DNA from: a virus
Lineage: Duplodnaviria > Heunggongvirae > Uroviricota > Caudoviricetes
DNA length: 30,818 nt
Virus record (IMG/VR): IMGVR_UViG_2565956711_000013
Coordinates: 1 to 30,818 of that record
Strand: one strand, 5' to 3'
The notes under the pieces: model-generated
What the model saw: only the letters and a program-made list of their open reading frames with translations
The model's database searches: none
Told to the model about the DNA's origin: nothing
Shown here: one piece after another, positions 1-9,910 of the stretch
Layout of the letters: the number at the start of each line of letters is the position of its first letter
Position numbering within the stretch: the first letter of the stretch is position 1
Made by a program: the position numbers and the translations under genes

Positions 1-8
1 AAGAAATA

Positions 9-38
9 GGGCTTCCACCTGGGAAGCCCTTTCTTTTT
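9..38. terminator. Probable bidirectional rho-independent terminator downstream of pspG
   Basis: 8-bp GC-rich inverted repeat gggcttcc(9-16)/ggaagccc(22-29) with a 5-nt loop, T-tract on the plus side (30-38) and A-rich on the other side. Confidence 0.5.
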
Positions 39-165
39 ATAGTTCGGCTGTATGTAGGGTACAGCACGATGAATCTGTTAGAGGCGCAATAGTGACAGAT
101 TTGATTATCAATTCCTATTTTGTTCTAAGGATAAAACCTTAGGTTGTGATCATCCGCACAATCCC

Positions 166-408
166 TTAGTAACGCCAGCGGTCATAACGCTGATATTTCG
201 GCACTTTTGGTGCTTTAATCGCCTTAATAACCCACACCACCGCAATCGCCAGTAGTAACCACGGCAGCAACTTAATCATCAATGCCAGCATACCGCCGAG
301 GAACATAATGGCCGTCGCCACAACCAGCGCGGCGATAATGCCCAGCAACGAAACGCCGGTGACCATCAGCATGACAAAAAAGCCAATCACAAAAAGTAGT
401 TCCAGCAT
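166..408 (-). CDS. pspG: Phage shock protein G (host gene), 80 aa
   Basis: The C-terminal 80 aa of the 166..618 ORF (MLELLFVIGFFVMLMVTGVSLLG...KYQRYDRWRY) match my recollection of E. coli PspG; ATG at 406-408; small two-TM protein. Confidence 0.8.
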   Translation of the reverse strand: MLELLFVIGFFVMLMVTGVSLLGIIAALVVATAIMFLGGMLALMIKLLPWLLLAIAVVWVIKAIKAPKVPKYQRYDRWRY

Positions 409-444
409 GATGCACTCCCAAATATGAAATCTCTTGCTGGCATT

Positions 445-459
445 ACAAGAATCATGCCA
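445..459 (-). promoter_or_regulatory. Candidate sigma-54 promoter for pspG
   Basis: Minus strand reads TGGCATGATTCTTGT, resembling the -24/-12 consensus TGGCAC-N5-TTGC (GG and TTG spaced correctly, -12 GC replaced by GT), about 40 nt upstream of the pspG ATG. Confidence 0.35.
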
Positions 460-482
460 AAAATAATCTATTGATTTAACAG

Positions 483-512
483 CAAAACGCCCCGCGACGG
501 TGCGCAGGGCGT
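483..512 (-). terminator. Probable rho-independent terminator downstream of dusA
   Basis: GC-rich hairpin (acgccc 487-492 pairing gggcgt 507-512, plus an inner 3-bp stem) followed on the minus-strand RNA by UUUU (plus 483-486), 30 nt past the dusA stop. Confidence 0.45.
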
Positions 513-541
513 GGTGAATTTGACTATTTTTTGGTGAAAAG

Positions 542-1579
542 TTAACGCTTATCCGCCACCAGTTTGAGCGCGTGTTCCAGCACATTAATGTCTGCACCCG
601 CTTTATGGGCGTTTTCACTTAAATAACGCCGCCACTGCCGCGCGCCAGGAATACCCTGGAACAAGCCCAACATATGCCGGGTAATATGACCGAGATACGT
701 CCCCTGGCTGAGTTCACGCTCAATGTACGGATACATGGCGCGCACTACCGCCACCGGATCGGCATCGATATCCGAGGAACCAAAGATCTCCCGGTCTACC
801 GCCGCCAGAATACCCGGATTCTGATACGCCTCGCGCCCGACCATCACGCCATCCATATGTTGCAGGTGTGCTTTGGCCTCTTCCAGCGACTTGATACCAC
901 CGTTAATCGACATTGTCAGATGCGGAAAGTCACGCTTCAGTTGATACACACGCGGATAATCGAGCGGCGGGATCTCACGGTTTTCTTTCGGACTTAACCC
1001 CGAAAGCCAGGCTTTACGTGCATGGATGATGAACATCTCACACTCGCCTTTGCCGGAAACGGTGTTGATGAAATCGCAGAGAAATTCATAGCTGTCCTGG
1101 TCGTCGATGCCAATACGCGTTTTCACCGTCACCGGAATCGACACCACATCGCGCATCGCTTTCACGCAGTCGGCAACCAGCTGCGCATTACCCATCAGAC
1201 ACGCACCAAACATGCCGTTCTGCACCCGGTCAGACGGGCAGCCGACATTCAGGTTGATCTCATCATATCCACGCGCTTCTGCCAGCTTCGCACACTGCGC
1301 CAGCGCCGCCGGATCGCTACCGCCGAGTTGCAACGCTACCGGATGTTCTTCTTCACTATACGCCAGGTAATCACCTTTACCGTGAATAATCGCCCCTGTA
1401 GTTACCATTTCAGTATACAGCAACGTATTGCGGGAAAGCAGACGCAAGAAATAGCGGCAATGTCTGTCCGTCCAGTCGAGCATAGGAGCAATGCTAAACC
1501 GAGAACTCCAGTAAGCGCCAGTTTTTTCAGGCATCACGCTGGTTTGATTAGTTTTCTGTGTTTCAGGATTATCGTGCAT
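542..1579 (-). CDS. dusA: tRNA-dihydrouridine synthase A (host gene; its 5' end abuts the prophage integrase)
   Basis: 345-aa ORF with Dus-family TIM-barrel features as I recall them ([17 protein letters not shown] motif); the nearer internal Met (MPEKTG) may be the true start. Confidence 0.9.
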   Translation of the reverse strand: MHDNPETQKTNQTSVMPEKTGAYWSSRFSIAPMLDWTDRHCRYFLRLLSRNTLLYTEMVTTGAIIHGKGDYLAYSEEEHPVALQLGGSDPAALAQCAKLAEARGYDEINLNVGCPSDRVQNGMFGACLMGNAQLVADCVKAMRDVVSIPVTVKTRIGIDDQDSYEFLCDFINTVSGKGECEMFIIHARKAWLSGLSPKENREIPPLDYPRVYQLKRDFPHLTMSINGGIKSLEEAKAHLQHMDGVMVGREAYQNPGILAAVDREIFGSSDIDADPVAVVRAMYPYIERELSQGTYLGHITRHMLGLFQGIPGARQWRRYLSENAHKAGADINVLEHALKLVADKR

Positions 1580-1612
1580 TTTTGAACATTTCAGGCTATT
1601 TTTCTCGCGTTA

Positions 1613-1647
1613 GGTTCCCGCACAGGTTCCCACGTTTTATGGGAACC
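1613..1647 (+). promoter_or_regulatory. Cluster of 7-bp repeats in the integrase leader (two direct, one inverted); possible Int arm site or operator
   Basis: ggttccc at 1613-1619 and 1625-1631, and its reverse complement gggaacc at 1641-1647 (9-nt loop), just upstream of the int RBS (gagg 1657-1660) and ATG 1668. Confidence 0.35.
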
Positions 1648-1667
1648 CGAAATAACGAGGTCGTGTA

Positions 1668-2765
1668 ATGGCGTACTATAACATAGAGAAACGACTAAAA
1701 TCCGATGGCACACCACGCTATCGCTGTAATGTGATTATCAAAGAAAAAGGTGTTATCACTTACAGGGAAAGCAAAACATTCCCTAAACATGCTCATGCCA
1801 AAACATGGGGCACACAGAAAGTGATGGAATTAGATCTATATGGCATTCCATCATCAAATGCAGTTGACGGACTTACAGTCCGTGACTTACTACACAAATA
1901 TTTAAATGACCCAAATGCCGGAGGTAAAGCAGGCCGTACTAAAAGATATGTGCTGGAACTGCTTATGGATAGTGACATCTCCGCGATCAAACTATCTGAA
2001 CTGACAGAAAATGACGTAATTGAACATTGCAGGCTAAGAAACAACGCTGGCGCAGGTCCAGCAACAGTCAGCCACGATGTTAGTTATCTTGGCAGTGTTC
2101 TGGATGCGGCCAAACCTGTATACGGAATTAATTACACATCAAACCCGGCGAAAAGTGCTCGCCCATATCTACTTAAACTTGGTTTGATTGGTAAATCAAA
2201 CCGTCGTAATCGTAGACCAGCATCTGATGAACTGGACATGCTCATTGAAGGCCTTCAACAACGATCTACTCATAAATGCTCAAAAATTCCGTTCGTTGAT
2301 ATCCTCAAATTTTCTGTGTGGTCCTGTATGCGAATCGGAGAAGTATGCCGGTTACGATGGGAAGATCTCGACCAGGAACAAAAATCTATACTCGTAAGAG
2401 ACAGGAAAGATCCACGCAAAAAGGAAGGCAACCACATGAAAGTAGCCTTGCTTGGGGAAGCCTGGGATATCGTCCAACGACAGCCCAAAAAATCGGAATT
2501 CATTTTTCCATATAACAGCACTTCTGTTACTGCAGGATTTCAGAGGGTAAGAAGCAAATTAGGTATTAAAGATCTGCGATACCATGATTTGCGTAGAGAA
2601 GGGGCAAGTCGCTTATTTGAGGCTGGTTTTAGTATTGAGGAAGTCGCTCAGGTTACAGGGCATCGTTCATTAAACGTGCTATGGCAGGTATATACCGAAC
2701 TGTATCCGAAATCTTTACATAATCGTTTTGAAGAGCTCCAAAGGAGCAGAAATAAGACCTCTTGA
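1668..2765 (+). CDS. int: Tyrosine-type site-specific integrase, dusA-associated
   Basis: 365-aa ORF; C-terminal catalytic region with RYHDLRR and GHRS...Y consistent with a tyrosine recombinase; divergent from and immediately next to the 5' end of dusA. Confidence 0.85.
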   Translation: MAYYNIEKRLKSDGTPRYRCNVIIKEKGVITYRESKTFPKHAHAKTWGTQKVMELDLYGIPSSNAVDGLTVRDLLHKYLNDPNAGGKAGRTKRYVLELLMDSDISAIKLSELTENDVIEHCRLRNNAGAGPATVSHDVSYLGSVLDAAKPVYGINYTSNPAKSARPYLLKLGLIGKSNRRNRRPASDELDMLIEGLQQRSTHKCSKIPFVDILKFSVWSCMRIGEVCRLRWEDLDQEQKSILVRDRKDPRKKEGNHMKVALLGEAWDIVQRQPKKSEFIFPYNSTSVTAGFQRVRSKLGIKDLRYHDLRREGASRLFEAGFSIEEVAQVTGHRSLNVLWQVYTELYPKSLHNRFEELQRSRNKTS

Positions 2766-2813
2766 CACTGTTTATCCATACAGTTAAAAATAATACTGTA
2801 TACAAACACAGTA
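2762..2813 (+). promoter_or_regulatory. Promoter with two LexA (SOS) boxes upstream of the DinI-like gene
   Basis: -35 TTGACA at 2762-2767; two CTGT-N8-ACAG motifs at 2768-2783 and 2796-2811, the second (TACTGTATACAAACACAGTA, 2794-2813) close to the LexA consensus; RBS gaggg 2816-2820. Confidence 0.65.
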
Positions 2814-2826
2814 TAGAGGGACTTTT

Positions 2827-3075
2827 ATGCGTATTGAGATCTGCATAGCCAAAGAAAAAATGACTAAAATGCCAAACGGTGCTGTGGATGCGTTAAAGGA
2901 AGAATTAACCCGACGCATCAGTAAACGTTATGACGATGTAGAGGTGATCGTAAAAGCCACCAGCAACGATGGGCTTTCTGTTACACGCACCGCAGATAAA
3001 GATTCTGCAAAAACTTTTGTTCAGGAGACTCTGAAAGATACCTGGGAATCTGCTGACGAGTGGTTTGTTCACTAA
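2827..3075 (+). CDS. DinI-like SOS-inducible protein, 82 aa
   Basis: Small acidic protein ([11 protein letters not shown]...[10 protein letters not shown]) resembling the DinI family; preceded by SOS boxes and followed by a terminator. Confidence 0.8.
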   Translation: MRIEICIAKEKMTKMPNGAVDALKEELTRRISKRYDDVEVIVKATSNDGLSVTRTADKDSAKTFVQETLKDTWESADEWFVH

Positions 3076-3143
3076 TTAACACGTAAAATCGGTAACGGCT
3101 GGAAATCATTCAATACTCGCACTATCGAAAGTTCGCCAGCCAG

Positions 3144-3180
3144 CCGCAGCACGTTCTTGCATCCGACGTGCTGCGGTTTT
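3144..3180 (+). terminator. Rho-independent terminator after the DinI-like gene
   Basis: 11-bp perfect stem ccgcagcacgt (3144-3154) pairing acgtgctgcgg (3166-3176), 11-nt loop, then TTTT (3177-3180). Confidence 0.6.
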
Positions 3181-3449
3181 ATATAATCCCGACTGGTCCA
3201 GTTTCCAGACAACCAGGGTGTCTCCTGCCGATAGTGTCCTGAGCAGTTTTTTAAGCCCCGGCCTTTCGGACTTTGTACCGCTTATCTTGTCTTCAAAAAT
3301 CAGCTAGCATCCTGCGCAGTTCAGTGCATTACGTTGCAAATCGGTGTTCTGGTCATTTGTTAATACGCGAACATAGCCAATCCCCCCTCATCTGACAAAA
3401 ACGATAGTGACACTATTGGCTCGTCATTTCTTAATTTTAACGCTAATTA

Positions 3450-3809
3450 CTAAGCTGGAACTGGTGGCCAACTAAATCCAGGAATAATAGCTTCTTCCGC
3501 TGGAATAGATTTAATCTCACGTTTATAGGCCATCCATTTACTCAGACTTTCTTTGTCGCGTTCACTGATATCGCCCAACATCAATTCTGTCCTCCAGTCA
3601 GCAGTAATCATGTCTGCAGAGGCAAGCAGCTCGGCACGTGTTCGCTCAACTGAAGTGACCAGTTCATCGTGAGTTGGTGGAGGGTTTACTATCGCCAGCG
3701 CTTCGGTTTCAGAAATAGCAATTAGCTCTGGCTTGATAAAATCATCCTCACTTCCGTCCTCTGCATATGCATAAACGTTATTGTTCTCATCTTTAAAGTA
3801 CTTCATCAT
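3450..3809 (-). CDS. Tail fiber assembly protein
   Basis: 119-aa ORF directly downstream of the tail fiber gene with a 4-bp overlap; sequence resembles tail fiber assembly chaperones. Confidence 0.75.
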   Translation of the reverse strand: MMKYFKDENNNVYAYAEDGSEDDFIKPELIAISETEALAIVNPPPTHDELVTSVERTRAELLASADMITADWRTELMLGDISERDKESLSKWMAYKREIKSIPAEEAIIPGFSWPPVPA

Positions 3810-4819
3810 TTTAATTCAATCCACTCGATTACATTTCCAAAACTTAACTCAACCATGTAATTGGCACCAGGAGGAACAATAGCACAGGGATATACCCAAG
3901 AAGAAACACCGGCGTAATTTGGAGTATTTCCACCTGCGGCCATAACTCCATTAACTTTTATTTGCACTTCTCCTGATGCCGGAAGATTTACTTTCAAAGA
4001 GATAACCCATGGTTGTTTCGACGTATTTGTGTACGTGATTCCAGGATACTTATCTGTGACGATCTGATACGTTTGATCTATACCGATTAACTGAGACGCT
4101 GTTGCTAACGCGACAACACTGTCACTCTGTGCATGTCGCATATATGGTTTTGTTGCATCATTTCTACTAAAACCAATGACACTGGCTCCATCACCAGTGA
4201 CCATATCATCCAACTCTAGGTATTGGATAACATCATGAATACTAGACTTACCGATGATATCTCGTCCTACCTTCGTAAAATCGGTAAGGTCTGCACTATT
4301 TTCATTGTTGAAATATGGTAGTTTATTAGTTGTTGCGATCAAATTCGCAAGAGCACTCAAAGTGTCATTCGAGTCCTGCTTTTCAGCTAAAGCAGTGCTT
4401 AATTCCTCTTGTGTAGTCAACAAAATTACAGTGTCTGTATCTTGATGCCTGAAATACGGTTTATTTATAACACCTTTACTAAAACCAATGACATTGACTC
4501 CATCACCAATAACAGCATTGGATATTCCAAGGTTTTCGAGAGCTGTTTTCACCGTGCCATCCGATTTGATATCGCCAAACGGATTCTTGCGGCTTAACAG
4601 CAGCGCACGAAGCGCGGTAAGCAGCTGGTCGTGCCGCGCCTTCTCCAGACTGGCACCGGAGGCCTCCACCACGCTGCAAAGTTCTTCCTGCAACATGTCA
4701 AAGTAGTCATCATCCAGATCGGTGGCAGGCGTGCCGGTCTGGGGGTTACCACGGGTAAAACCGTTCTTACCCGCGCCGAACTTATCCTTCTGCGCGGTTT
4801 TCGTGTCTATACGATGCAT
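3806..4819 (-). CDS. Tail fiber protein
   Basis: 337 aa; N-terminal region resembles the conserved N-terminus of P2/Mu-type tail fibers; AT-richer C-terminal part with an internal 312-bp duplication. Confidence 0.75.
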   Translation of the reverse strand: MHRIDTKTAQKDKFGAGKNGFTRGNPQTGTPATDLDDDYFDMLQEELCSVVEASGASLEKARHDQLLTALRALLLSRKNPFGDIKSDGTVKTALENLGISNAVIGDGVNVIGFSKGVINKPYFRHQDTDTVILLTTQEELSTALAEKQDSNDTLSALANLIATTNKLPYFNNENSADLTDFTKVGRDIIGKSSIHDVIQYLELDDMVTGDGASVIGFSRNDATKPYMRHAQSDSVVALATASQLIGIDQTYQIVTDKYPGITYTNTSKQPWVISLKVNLPASGEVQIKVNGVMAAGGNTPNYAGVSSWVYPCAIVPPGANYMVELSFGNVIEWIELK

Positions 4820-4822
4820 GAA

Positions 4823-5407
4823 TTACTCCGGATATTTAAAAATTACGTAGGTATGCGACGGGCAGAGTTTGTTAAGCACACACTCGACAACGGTGTCGCC
4901 CCAGATACGCAGTGCGGAATCACAGGGGTCGCCACATGTCATCCAGGTGGTGTTGGTGGCAGCAGGCATGTTGACCTGCCAGTAATACCGCCATTCAGGC
5001 GCGTTCACAGCATCAGTACAGGCCGATGAGCAGGTGAAGGTGCTTTTGTCGTATCGCGTGATGGTGGCATCTGGTCTGCCCAGGGCAGCAAGCTGGGCAA
5101 GATAAAAATCCTCGTTGATGCCACCCGCCAGGTTAACCTTCGCATCCAGCCGTTGCTGACGCTGGCGAAGGGTCTGTGTCCCTGTAGGAATACATTCATC
5201 CGGCAGGCCGCACAGACGCTCCCAGCGGTTTATCAGTTCGGTGGTGGTGCGCGGATCCAGCTCCCGCATCAGGGCATCCGCACGCTGATGAACACGGGTT
5301 AATGACTGTGCTGCACCGGCAATCGCCGGATCGCTGGCTGACCACGCCGGACCGGGGGGCAACAGTGCCGACAACAGACGGATGTAATCATCATTTGTCA
5401 CGTCCAT
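4823..5407 (-). CDS. Tail/baseplate protein, Mu gp48-like
   Basis: 194 aa; sits between the baseplate J-like gene and the tail fiber, as in Mu-like tail modules. Confidence 0.6.
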   Translation of the reverse strand: MDVTNDDYIRLLSALLPPGPAWSASDPAIAGAAQSLTRVHQRADALMRELDPRTTTELINRWERLCGLPDECIPTGTQTLRQRQQRLDAKVNLAGGINEDFYLAQLAALGRPDATITRYDKSTFTCSSACTDAVNAPEWRYYWQVNMPAATNTTWMTCGDPCDSALRIWGDTVVECVLNKLCPSHTYVIFKYPE

Positions 5408-6456
5408 GAAATCGTCCCCAGTACCGCCAGTTCATTTTTTGCAATGGAGATATTGTCCGCCGGTGCAAGCAACTGATGGCTGTATTCCCCGTTCGCACCG
5501 GAAATCGCCTCACTGATACGCGATACCTTCAGTTCTCCCTGCGGATAACCATCACGCAGCAGGAACGAACGCAACTCCGCGGTAATGGCAGCCCGTATTT
5601 CCGGTGTGTCCGGCGTCACGCGGATATGAAAATCCACCGTATGTGCCACCGGCCTGAATACATACAAATCAGAGCCTGCCACCGGGGCCAGTGGCCCGAT
5701 ATGTTGTCTTGCTGCCGTTTCCGTTGATTCTTCCGGAATGGGATTAATCAGGTCACTGCTGGCAATCATCACACCGACAGTTCCCGTTCCCATCCAGTGA
5801 CGGTATGTCCATGCGCGGGTAATGCCGGGCACTTCTTTAGCCCAGACGACATAGTCCCCGTCAGCTCCGCCATGAGGCGTCCAGTAATACCGCTCAATGA
5901 CGCGGGCGCGCCACGTTTCCAGCTCTTCAGTATCAAATCCACCTGTCAGTGTATCTGCCACGCCGGAAGACGGCAGACCATTCACCGGCGTGACCAGGAT
6001 TAATGACGTACCGTCGTCAGCGTTACCGACCGCGCCTGCACTTGAGCAGGCGATCGGCACGCGCAGGACACCACCGGAGCTGGTTGCATCGGCAGTTGCC
6101 GTGTACTGAACCAGGTCATCGCGCTGAATAACACTCCCGGCGGTCACCTTCAGGCCATCGCTGACACCTTCCCAGCGCATATACCCGCTGGCAGCCGTGG
6201 CCCCCTTGCGCGGACACCGTTTCATCGCAGCATGTCGCGCCAGCCAGGACTCATCGCACAGGTCAGGCAGCATGTTCATTGCCAGATAATCGATGTAACC
6301 GTAAACCGTATGCAGCGCCGCCGCATACACCTTTGCCCGCACGTCTTCATCCATGCGCCGGAGCGTGTCGCTGACGTCCAGCCTGGCGAATAAATCGTTA
6401 CGGAGCATACTGATATTTTCTGCCAGCGTCGGGCGCTGAAATTCACTGTCCGCCAT
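5398..6456 (-). CDS. Baseplate J-like protein (Mu gp47-like)
   Basis: 352 aa; synteny and sequence character of baseplate J family proteins. Confidence 0.7.
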   Translation of the reverse strand: MADSEFQRPTLAENISMLRNDLFARLDVSDTLRRMDEDVRAKVYAAALHTVYGYIDYLAMNMLPDLCDESWLARHAAMKRCPRKGATAASGYMRWEGVSDGLKVTAGSVIQRDDLVQYTATADATSSGGVLRVPIACSSAGAVGNADDGTSLILVTPVNGLPSSGVADTLTGGFDTEELETWRARVIERYYWTPHGGADGDYVVWAKEVPGITRAWTYRHWMGTGTVGVMIASSDLINPIPEESTETAARQHIGPLAPVAGSDLYVFRPVAHTVDFHIRVTPDTPEIRAAITAELRSFLLRDGYPQGELKVSRISEAISGANGEYSHQLLAPADNISIAKNELAVLGTISWT

Positions 6457-6871
6457 GCGTTATCGCACTCCACAGATCATCAAAAGAAATCATTACCGGT
6501 CCGTCACGACGCCAGAGAGTGATACTGTTACCCAGTTCATTAATCCCGGTGCGGCGGATATCCAGATCAATACGGGACACCACGCCATCATCAATCATCC
6601 ATTGCAGGCATTCGCGGATATACCCCCTTACCGTCTGCACCAGTTGATTGGTCAGTTTGCTGCGCTGAAGCAGCCACAGTCGGGAGCCGTAACGGTCATT
6701 CTGTACCGCAGGCCAGGTATCCCCCCACCATCCCATCGGGACGTCGGCATTGTCATCAGGCTCCGCCCGCCGCCAGGTAAACAGGGAAATCACCACGGCG
6801 CGGGTCAGCGGATCCAGCGGTGCGCTGGCGCAGGTGCGTTTACCGTTCACCGTCAGCCACAGTTCCATCAT
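6443..6871 (-). CDS. Baseplate protein (Mu gp46-like)
   Basis: 142 aa; overlaps both neighbours, between the V-like and J-like baseplate genes. Confidence 0.6.
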   Translation of the reverse strand: MMELWLTVNGKRTCASAPLDPLTRAVVISLFTWRRAEPDDNADVPMGWWGDTWPAVQNDRYGSRLWLLQRSKLTNQLVQTVRGYIRECLQWMIDDGVVSRIDLDIRRTGINELGNSITLWRRDGPVMISFDDLWSAITHGGQ

Positions 6872-7416
6872 GCCTCCATCGCTTTATCAGGTTTGTCGGT
6901 GTTACTGCCCTGACCGTTCTCTCTGTGACGATGCCCGTTATAGGCAAGCCGCATCGCTGACATGGTGGTGCCACCGGAGTCGCACAGGTCTTTCACCTGT
7001 CCGGTCACTTCAAGGTCCATTTCAAAACGTGCTTTAGGTGAATTGCGAAACGTGATCGTTTTACCTGCACCGTCCACCACGATCCCCTCCCGGGTCAGCG
7101 TCACGGACTGCCCCTGATCGTCATAGACAGCCACCTCCCCAGTCTGCAGCCCTTTCAGGCGGTAGCGACGGTCCGACACCGTAACAACCACCGCATGAGA
7201 ACGGTCGCCATCCGGAAACAACACCACAGCTTCCGCACCGCTGTTTGCCCTTGCGGTAAAACCGTAGGGTTCAAGATGTTCAACCCCGGCTTTGGGTTCA
7301 CCGGCAATCAGGGACACATCCACGGTCTGACATTTCGTGGCGGCACTGATGCTTTTCACCACGGCCCGCCCAATCAGGCCGAGGAGTTGTCGCTGCATGG
7401 CTTCAATCGTCCTCAT
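6868..7416 (-). CDS. Baseplate assembly protein V / spike (Mu gp45-like)
   Basis: 182 aa; position and sequence character of gpV-like spike proteins. Confidence 0.65.
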   Translation of the reverse strand: MRTIEAMQRQLLGLIGRAVVKSISAATKCQTVDVSLIAGEPKAGVEHLEPYGFTARANSGAEAVVLFPDGDRSHAVVVTVSDRRYRLKGLQTGEVAVYDDQGQSVTLTREGIVVDGAGKTITFRNSPKARFEMDLEVTGQVKDLCDSGGTTMSAMRLAYNGHRHRENGQGSNTDKPDKAMEA

Positions 7417-8495
7417 CAGAACGGGTCCTCCTGTACTCTGGCTTTTTTCTTTTTCCGCGCGCCGGGGGCTTCGGGTTCAGGCAGATAAGCATCAGGCGGG
7501 CCGACACGGATTTCCGTCAGGGTGCCGTTCTGGTCCTGAGTAAACGTGACTTCCGAAACAAGCAGTTCGGTATTGTCGAAACCACAGACCGGATCAAAGA
7601 CAATCACCCGCTGGTTGGGCTGCCACAGCGTACCGTTACCCTGTCGCCAGCCCTGCACCACATAGGTGGTTTCATCCGTCCGCGCCGCCCGTTGTCTGGC
7701 TTCAAAGTCCGCACGGGCAATACAGCCTGCCCCCGTAGCCTGCCCTGTCTGCCTGATATACATCGGACGGTAACGGGCAATAAATGCGTCCTCTGTGCGG
7801 GCCCGCAGCGCGGTGGTGGTGGCCTCACCGAAATCATCGTCGTTTCCGGCACGCTGCCCCGCCACCTGGTAAACAGAAAACCGCTCCCGGATACTCTTCT
7901 CCGTATCGCAGGAAAGGATGTTTTCCCCGAGTACCAGCGCAGTATGTGCCCGCGTTGAGCCAATACCGCCAATCACCAGCCTGCCGTGCGGGTCGTCGTA
8001 AGCCAGTGCCTGCTGCTGACCGAGTATTTTGTTGATTACCTCAATCACCGTTTCACCGTGATCAGGCTGAACATCAGGAATAACACCCGACGGCGCACCG
8101 CTGTTCACCACCTCAATGCCGAAAGGCGCAGCAAGCGCCTGCGCAATCTGCACCAGCGAGCGTCCGTTAAACTGTGTCGGTTCAGCTGCACAGTCAATCA
8201 GGTCAGCCGTCAGACTACGTCCGGCAATACCGGTGCTGACCGAACGGGAATCGTAACGAACGGGCGTCGCCTCCACCCAGCCGGTGATCACCAGCTCATC
8301 ACCAATCAGCACTTCCACTTTTGAACCGTTTTTAATGCGCGGCTGAAGCGTGGTGATACCCTCATCTCCCGGCCACTGGCGGGTGATCTCCACACTGAAA
8401 TCCCGCGCCAGCCGTTCAATACCGGCACCGATGCGCACCGATGTCCAGCCATTCCACTCCCGGCCATTTACCCGTAGCGTGACATTGTCGTTCAT
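7416..8495 (-). CDS. Baseplate hub / tail protein (Mu gp44-like)
   Basis: 359 aa; directly downstream of the DNA-circulation-like gene, as in Mu-like tails. Confidence 0.65.
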   Translation of the reverse strand: MNDNVTLRVNGREWNGWTSVRIGAGIERLARDFSVEITRQWPGDEGITTLQPRIKNGSKVEVLIGDELVITGWVEATPVRYDSRSVSTGIAGRSLTADLIDCAAEPTQFNGRSLVQIAQALAAPFGIEVVNSGAPSGVIPDVQPDHGETVIEVINKILGQQQALAYDDPHGRLVIGGIGSTRAHTALVLGENILSCDTEKSIRERFSVYQVAGQRAGNDDDFGEATTTALRARTEDAFIARYRPMYIRQTGQATGAGCIARADFEARQRAARTDETTYVVQGWRQGNGTLWQPNQRVIVFDPVCGFDNTELLVSEVTFTQDQNGTLTEIRVGPPDAYLPEPEAPGARKKKKARVQEDPF

Positions 8496-9820
8496 TGCAC
8501 TGGCACCTTCAGAGGGATCACCGGCACAAAGCCGGGATGCGTAATGGCATTACGCCGGATAATGTCCGCGTCACGCGCCGCGTTATCAAACCAGGTCGCC
8601 GACAGCACCAGCGCGGGTAAAACCTCATCCGGTGTGCGCTGAATGATCCGTGCAGACTGTTCAAGGCGCGTGTTGATATCCGCATTCAGATCTGCTTTCA
8701 CCCGGCGCAGCGCCAGAAACAGCGCATCGCTGGTTGTACGGGACAACTCCTTATCAATTGCCGTATTCAGTGTGTCGCGAATGTCAGTCAGTTCTTCCCA
8801 CGTTGGCAGGTCAACCGTGTTTTTCACCGCCGGTGCATTGTTCAGTGCCGGATGCGTGACGGAAGGCCAGCCAGTGCTCTGCGCGGGTGTTGTTGCCTGC
8901 CCCACTGCGGAATTCTGCATCACCGCGGAAGTTGTTGGCGCAGGCAATCGGGTGACGGCATACGCCGCTTCGCTGATTGCGGTCGTACGAAGGGTGCTGG
9001 CAACCACGTTACGCTGCTGCGTCGCCGTGGCGGTGGTTTTACTGTCCGTTTTCCAGACGCCGCGCGGTTGCAGATCGCTGCCGAGGCTGACACCGGAAAG
9101 CGTTTTGATCATGGTGACCAGGTCGCTGGCGTTACCATAAAGGCGTTTCCCGGTACGCCACATTTTCTGCACCTGCTCAACGAAATTTTTGCCTGACGAT
9201 GGCGGCGGCAGAAGTACCGAGATATCCCCCTGCAACAGCCTGGCGGCATCCGATACGGCAGAATCCACCACTTTCATCGCATCAGAAACATACCCCAGCA
9301 TTATGCTGGCATTACCGATAACGTCGTTCTGCACGAAATCCGCCACACCATCGATACTGAAACCGCTGAAGCTGTCACTGATGCAGTCATCCAGTGCAGA
9401 ACAGGATGACATCAGCGTCTGCGCCGTCGCCGCACCTGATGTGGGGTAAGAGAGTTCTCCTGCTTCGACAAACTTCAGGTCAAAGCGGACAATACGCCCT
9501 TCACTTTTCGATGTGCTGACCCGAACTTCCCCGTCAACACAGACTTTCAGCTCACCATATGTCGGGTGGACAAGCGTGCCGGGACCGGGTTTATTCAGCG
9601 CTTCAATCAGGCGATCGCGCTGGTCAAAGCAGTCATCTCCCACCACATAAGCTGTGATGGACGGGCGGAAAGTGACTTTTCCCAGATCTTCGGTATAGGG
9701 CTTGTCGCGGTTCGGATATTCGTGTGTTTCCACACGGCGACCGGTTCCCGCACTTTCTTCTTCAACCTTAAACGGTACGCCGCGAAATGACGCATCCTGA
9801 AGCCTGTCTTTCCACGTCAT
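8492..9820 (-). CDS. DNA circulation protein-like tail protein (Mu gpN-like)
   Basis: 442 aa; N-terminus resembles the Mu DNA-circulation family; conserved position in Mu-type tails. Confidence 0.7.
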   Translation of the reverse strand: MTWKDRLQDASFRGVPFKVEEESAGTGRRVETHEYPNRDKPYTEDLGKVTFRPSITAYVVGDDCFDQRDRLIEALNKPGPGTLVHPTYGELKVCVDGEVRVSTSKSEGRIVRFDLKFVEAGELSYPTSGAATAQTLMSSCSALDDCISDSFSGFSIDGVADFVQNDVIGNASIMLGYVSDAMKVVDSAVSDAARLLQGDISVLLPPPSSGKNFVEQVQKMWRTGKRLYGNASDLVTMIKTLSGVSLGSDLQPRGVWKTDSKTTATATQQRNVVASTLRTTAISEAAYAVTRLPAPTTSAVMQNSAVGQATTPAQSTGWPSVTHPALNNAPAVKNTVDLPTWEELTDIRDTLNTAIDKELSRTTSDALFLALRRVKADLNADINTRLEQSARIIQRTPDEVLPALVLSATWFDNAARDADIIRRNAITHPGFVPVIPLKVPVQ

Positions 9821-9833
9821 ATAAACTCCGGAT

Positions 9834-9891
9834 ACAAAAAACCCGCCAAATCTGCTTTGTCAGTTATTTACATCGCAGAAGATGTGGCGGG
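9834..9891 (-). terminator. Possible terminator after the AT-rich cargo gene
   Basis: Minus-strand RNA has cccgcca (plus 9885-9891) pairing tggcggg (plus 9842-9848) around a long loop, followed by UUUUUUGU (plus 9834-9841). Confidence 0.35.
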
Positions 9892-9910
9892 AACCTAATA
9901 TTTTTAATTA

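Noticed and set aside
166-618. 150-aa minus-strand ORF spanning the pspG-dusA intergenic region
   Set aside because: Only the C-terminal 80 aa match PspG; the upstream part runs through the dusA terminator and overlaps the dusA 3' end, so it is an artefact of taking the longest ORF.
1022-1585. 187-aa plus-strand ORF inside dusA
   Set aside because: Antisense to a recognisable host gene; His/Arg-rich, low-complexity translation typical of a shadow ORF.
1580-1667. Looked for a tRNA or tmRNA gene as the integration target
   Set aside because: No tRNA-like sequence is evident; the integrase abuts the protein-coding gene dusA, which fits dusA-targeting integrases.
7604-8324. Several 80-120-aa ORFs on both strands nested inside the baseplate hub gene
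   Set aside because: Nested within a 359-aa gene with operon context; Arg/Pro/Gly-rich translations characteristic of out-of-frame GC-rich sequence.
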